Assembly (NCBI GenBank): GCA_051252135.1
Contig: JBPOGH010000010.1
Location: forward strand, 1 to 64,000
Origin: Verrucomicrobiaceae bacterium
GTDB lineage: Bacteria; Verrucomicrobiota; Verrucomicrobiia; Verrucomicrobiales; Akkermansiaceae
Reading direction: 5' to 3'
DNA: 64,000 nt
This document shows, in pieces, positions 62,283-64,000 of the stretch (the first letter of the stretch is position 1; each line of letters opens with the position of its first letter). A program made the position numbers and the translations under genes. Below the pieces are notes generated by a model that saw only the letters and a list, made by a program, of their open reading frames with translations, did not search any database and was not told where the DNA came from.

Positions 62283-62432
62283 TAAAAAATTTGAACGGAT
62301 GGTCTTTCGAATCCCGCTTAGCGGGCCAAGAAATTCCTGGAAACACAACCCAACTGGTTCCTCGTCGATCTCACGGCAGTGAGATTGAAATGCCCAAAAG
62401 CCTTGGACGCGACGACACCAACAAAAAATACA

Positions 62433-62810
62433 ATGTCAGACATTACAAAAATCGCAGAAGAACTCGGCAAGCTTACCGTACTGGAAGCCGCTGAATTGGT
62501 TAAGCACCTTGAAGAAGCATGGGGCGTTAGCGCCGCTGCTCCTGTTGCAGCAGTAGCCGCCGCCGGTGGCGGAGATGCAGCTCCTGAGGAAGAGAAGACT
62601 GAATTTGACGTCGTTCTCTCCGAAGCAGGTGGTAACAAGATCGCCGTCATTAAGGCTGTGCGTGAAGTTGCTTCCGGTCTCGGACTTGCAGATGCCAAGA
62701 AGCTCGTTGAGAGTGCCCCTACTCCGGTTCTCGAAGGAGTCAGCAAAGACGATGCCGAAGCCGCCAAGGCGAAGCTCGAGGACGCTGGTGCCAAGGTCGA
62801 GCTCAAGTAA
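62433..62810 (+). CDS. rplL: 50S ribosomal protein L7/L12
   Basis: [30 protein letters not shown]. Confidence 0.99.
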   Translation: MSDITKIAEELGKLTVLEAAELVKHLEEAWGVSAAAPVAAVAAAGGGDAAPEEEKTEFDVVLSEAGGNKIAVIKAVREVASGLGLADAKKLVESAPTPVLEGVSKDDAEAAKAKLEDAGAKVELK

Positions 62811-63010
62811 CCGATCTACCCCCCGGTTTCGGCCTTGTGCCGAAATCGGGCCCGGTCGGAGGCTAGCTTCCAGAAAAGCACTTATTCTGAAAGTTAGCCT
62901 CCGTTCGTGCCCCACACAGCGGAATTGCAATTCCCTGATTAATTTCAGAAACCCAATCAAAATCGCCAGTTCCAAACGGATCTGGCGTTAACTCCTATCC
63001 GGATCAGACC

Positions 63011-64000
63011 ATGTTGAAGCGAGAATACTTTGGAACCATTGAGGAGGTCATTGAACCTCCAAACCTGATTGAGGTGCAGAGCAAGTCCTACGAGGATTTC
63101 CTGCAAAAAGACGTGCCACCCTCACAGCGCACAGAAACCGGTCTTCAGGCTGTCTTTCAGGAGGTGTTTCCAATTAAGAGTTACGATGACACCATCGAGC
63201 TTAATTTCGCATCCTATGACATTGAAGACTCCAAGTCTTCGGCACTTGATGCCTTGCGCACTGGCGAGACTTTTTCGGCTGCGCTTTATGTTACGTTCAA
63301 CCTGAAGGATGACACGGGCACCAAGAAAGAGCGCGTTTACATGGGAGAACTTCCCATGATGACCCGTCGTGGAACCTTCGTGATCAACGGTGCCGAGCGT
63401 GTGATCGTTTCACAGCTTCACCGTTCTCCAGGTATCTGTTTCGAGAAATCGATTCACCTGAATGGTAAAATTCTTCACTCTTTCCGGATCATCCCCGACC
63501 GTGGTTCATGGCTCGAGGTTCAGTTCGATACGAACGACCTCATGTATGTCTACCTCGACCGCCGTCGCCGTCGCCGTAAGTTCCTTGCCACGACCTTCCT
63601 TCGCGCTCTCGGATATCCCGAGGAACGTCAGTTGGTTGAGAATTTCTACAACATTCAGAAGCTCAAACTCAGCGAAAAAATGGACGAAGAGTCCCTCGCT
63701 TCGTTGATGACCTTTGAAGATGTTCTTGATGGGGAAGTGGTTGTGGCCCGTGCCTACGAGCCCCTTTCCATCGGTGTGGTCCGTCAGCTCGTTGCTCTCG
63801 GTCAGAAAACGATCGAAGTCATTGATTCCTCGGAAGATGAGGTTTTGGTCAAGTCCCTCAAAAAGGACCCTGCCTTTGATGAGGAGTCCGCACTTAAGGA
63901 TATCTATCGCAAGCTGCGCCCCGGGGATCCTCCGACCGCTGCGAACGCCCGTGCTCTTCTCAAGCGTCTCTTCTTTGATCCCAAGAAATACGACCTCACT
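63011..64000 (+). CDS. rpoB: RNA polymerase beta subunit, 5' part (runs off the window)
   Basis: MLKREYFG...PNLIEVQ..SY, GTFVINGAERVIVSQLHRSPG, IIPDRGSWLE. Confidence 0.97.
   Translation, partial: MLKREYFGTIEEVIEPPNLIEVQSKSYEDFLQKDVPPSQRTETGLQAVFQEVFPIKSYDDTIELNFASYDIEDSKSSALDALRTGETFSAALYVTFNLKDDTGTKKERVYMGELPMMTRRGTFVINGAERVIVSQLHRSPGICFEKSIHLNGKILHSFRIIPDRGSWLEVQFDTNDLMYVYLDRRRRRRKFLATTFLRALGYPEERQLVENFYNIQKLKLSEKMDEESLASLMTFEDVLDGEVVVARAYEPLSIGVVRQLVALGQKTIEVIDSSEDEVLVKSLKKDPAFDEESALKDIYRKLRPGDPPTAANARALLKRLFFDPKKYDLT

Overview
A 64-kb chromosomal window, most likely from a Verrucomicrobiota bacterium (inferred from PVC-type families such as PEP-CTERM, SHD1, DUF1552/DUF1592 and Minf_1886-like). 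The + strand is strongly G-rich. It carries housekeeping loci (rpsA, argG, metY, purT, ppaC, uppP, the tuf-secE-nusG-rplKAJL-rpoB cluster, four tRNAs) mixed with accessory envelope genes. Main discovery: two exported proteins that the ORF track truncates at an in-frame TGA are probable selenoproteins. One is a signal-peptide TlpA/redoxin-SHD1 protein (WGTR-U-GPC, 9461-10165). The other is a lipoprotein with a heavy-metal-associated domain (GMT-U-VAMC, 13864-14253). Each TGA is followed by a 6-bp hairpin with a GGUC(N) loop (SECIS-like), and both lie within about 5 kb of selA. Second candidate system: an ECF sigma factor, a 1432-aa mosaic anti-sigma/vWA protein apparently carrying secretin- and Wzc-like fragments, and a 2304-aa repeat membrane protein. 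Also present: a strand-polarised intergenic repeat family, a MITE inserted into overlapping stop codons, and an orphan miaB 3' fragment. Family assignments are from motif recognition and memory, not database searches.
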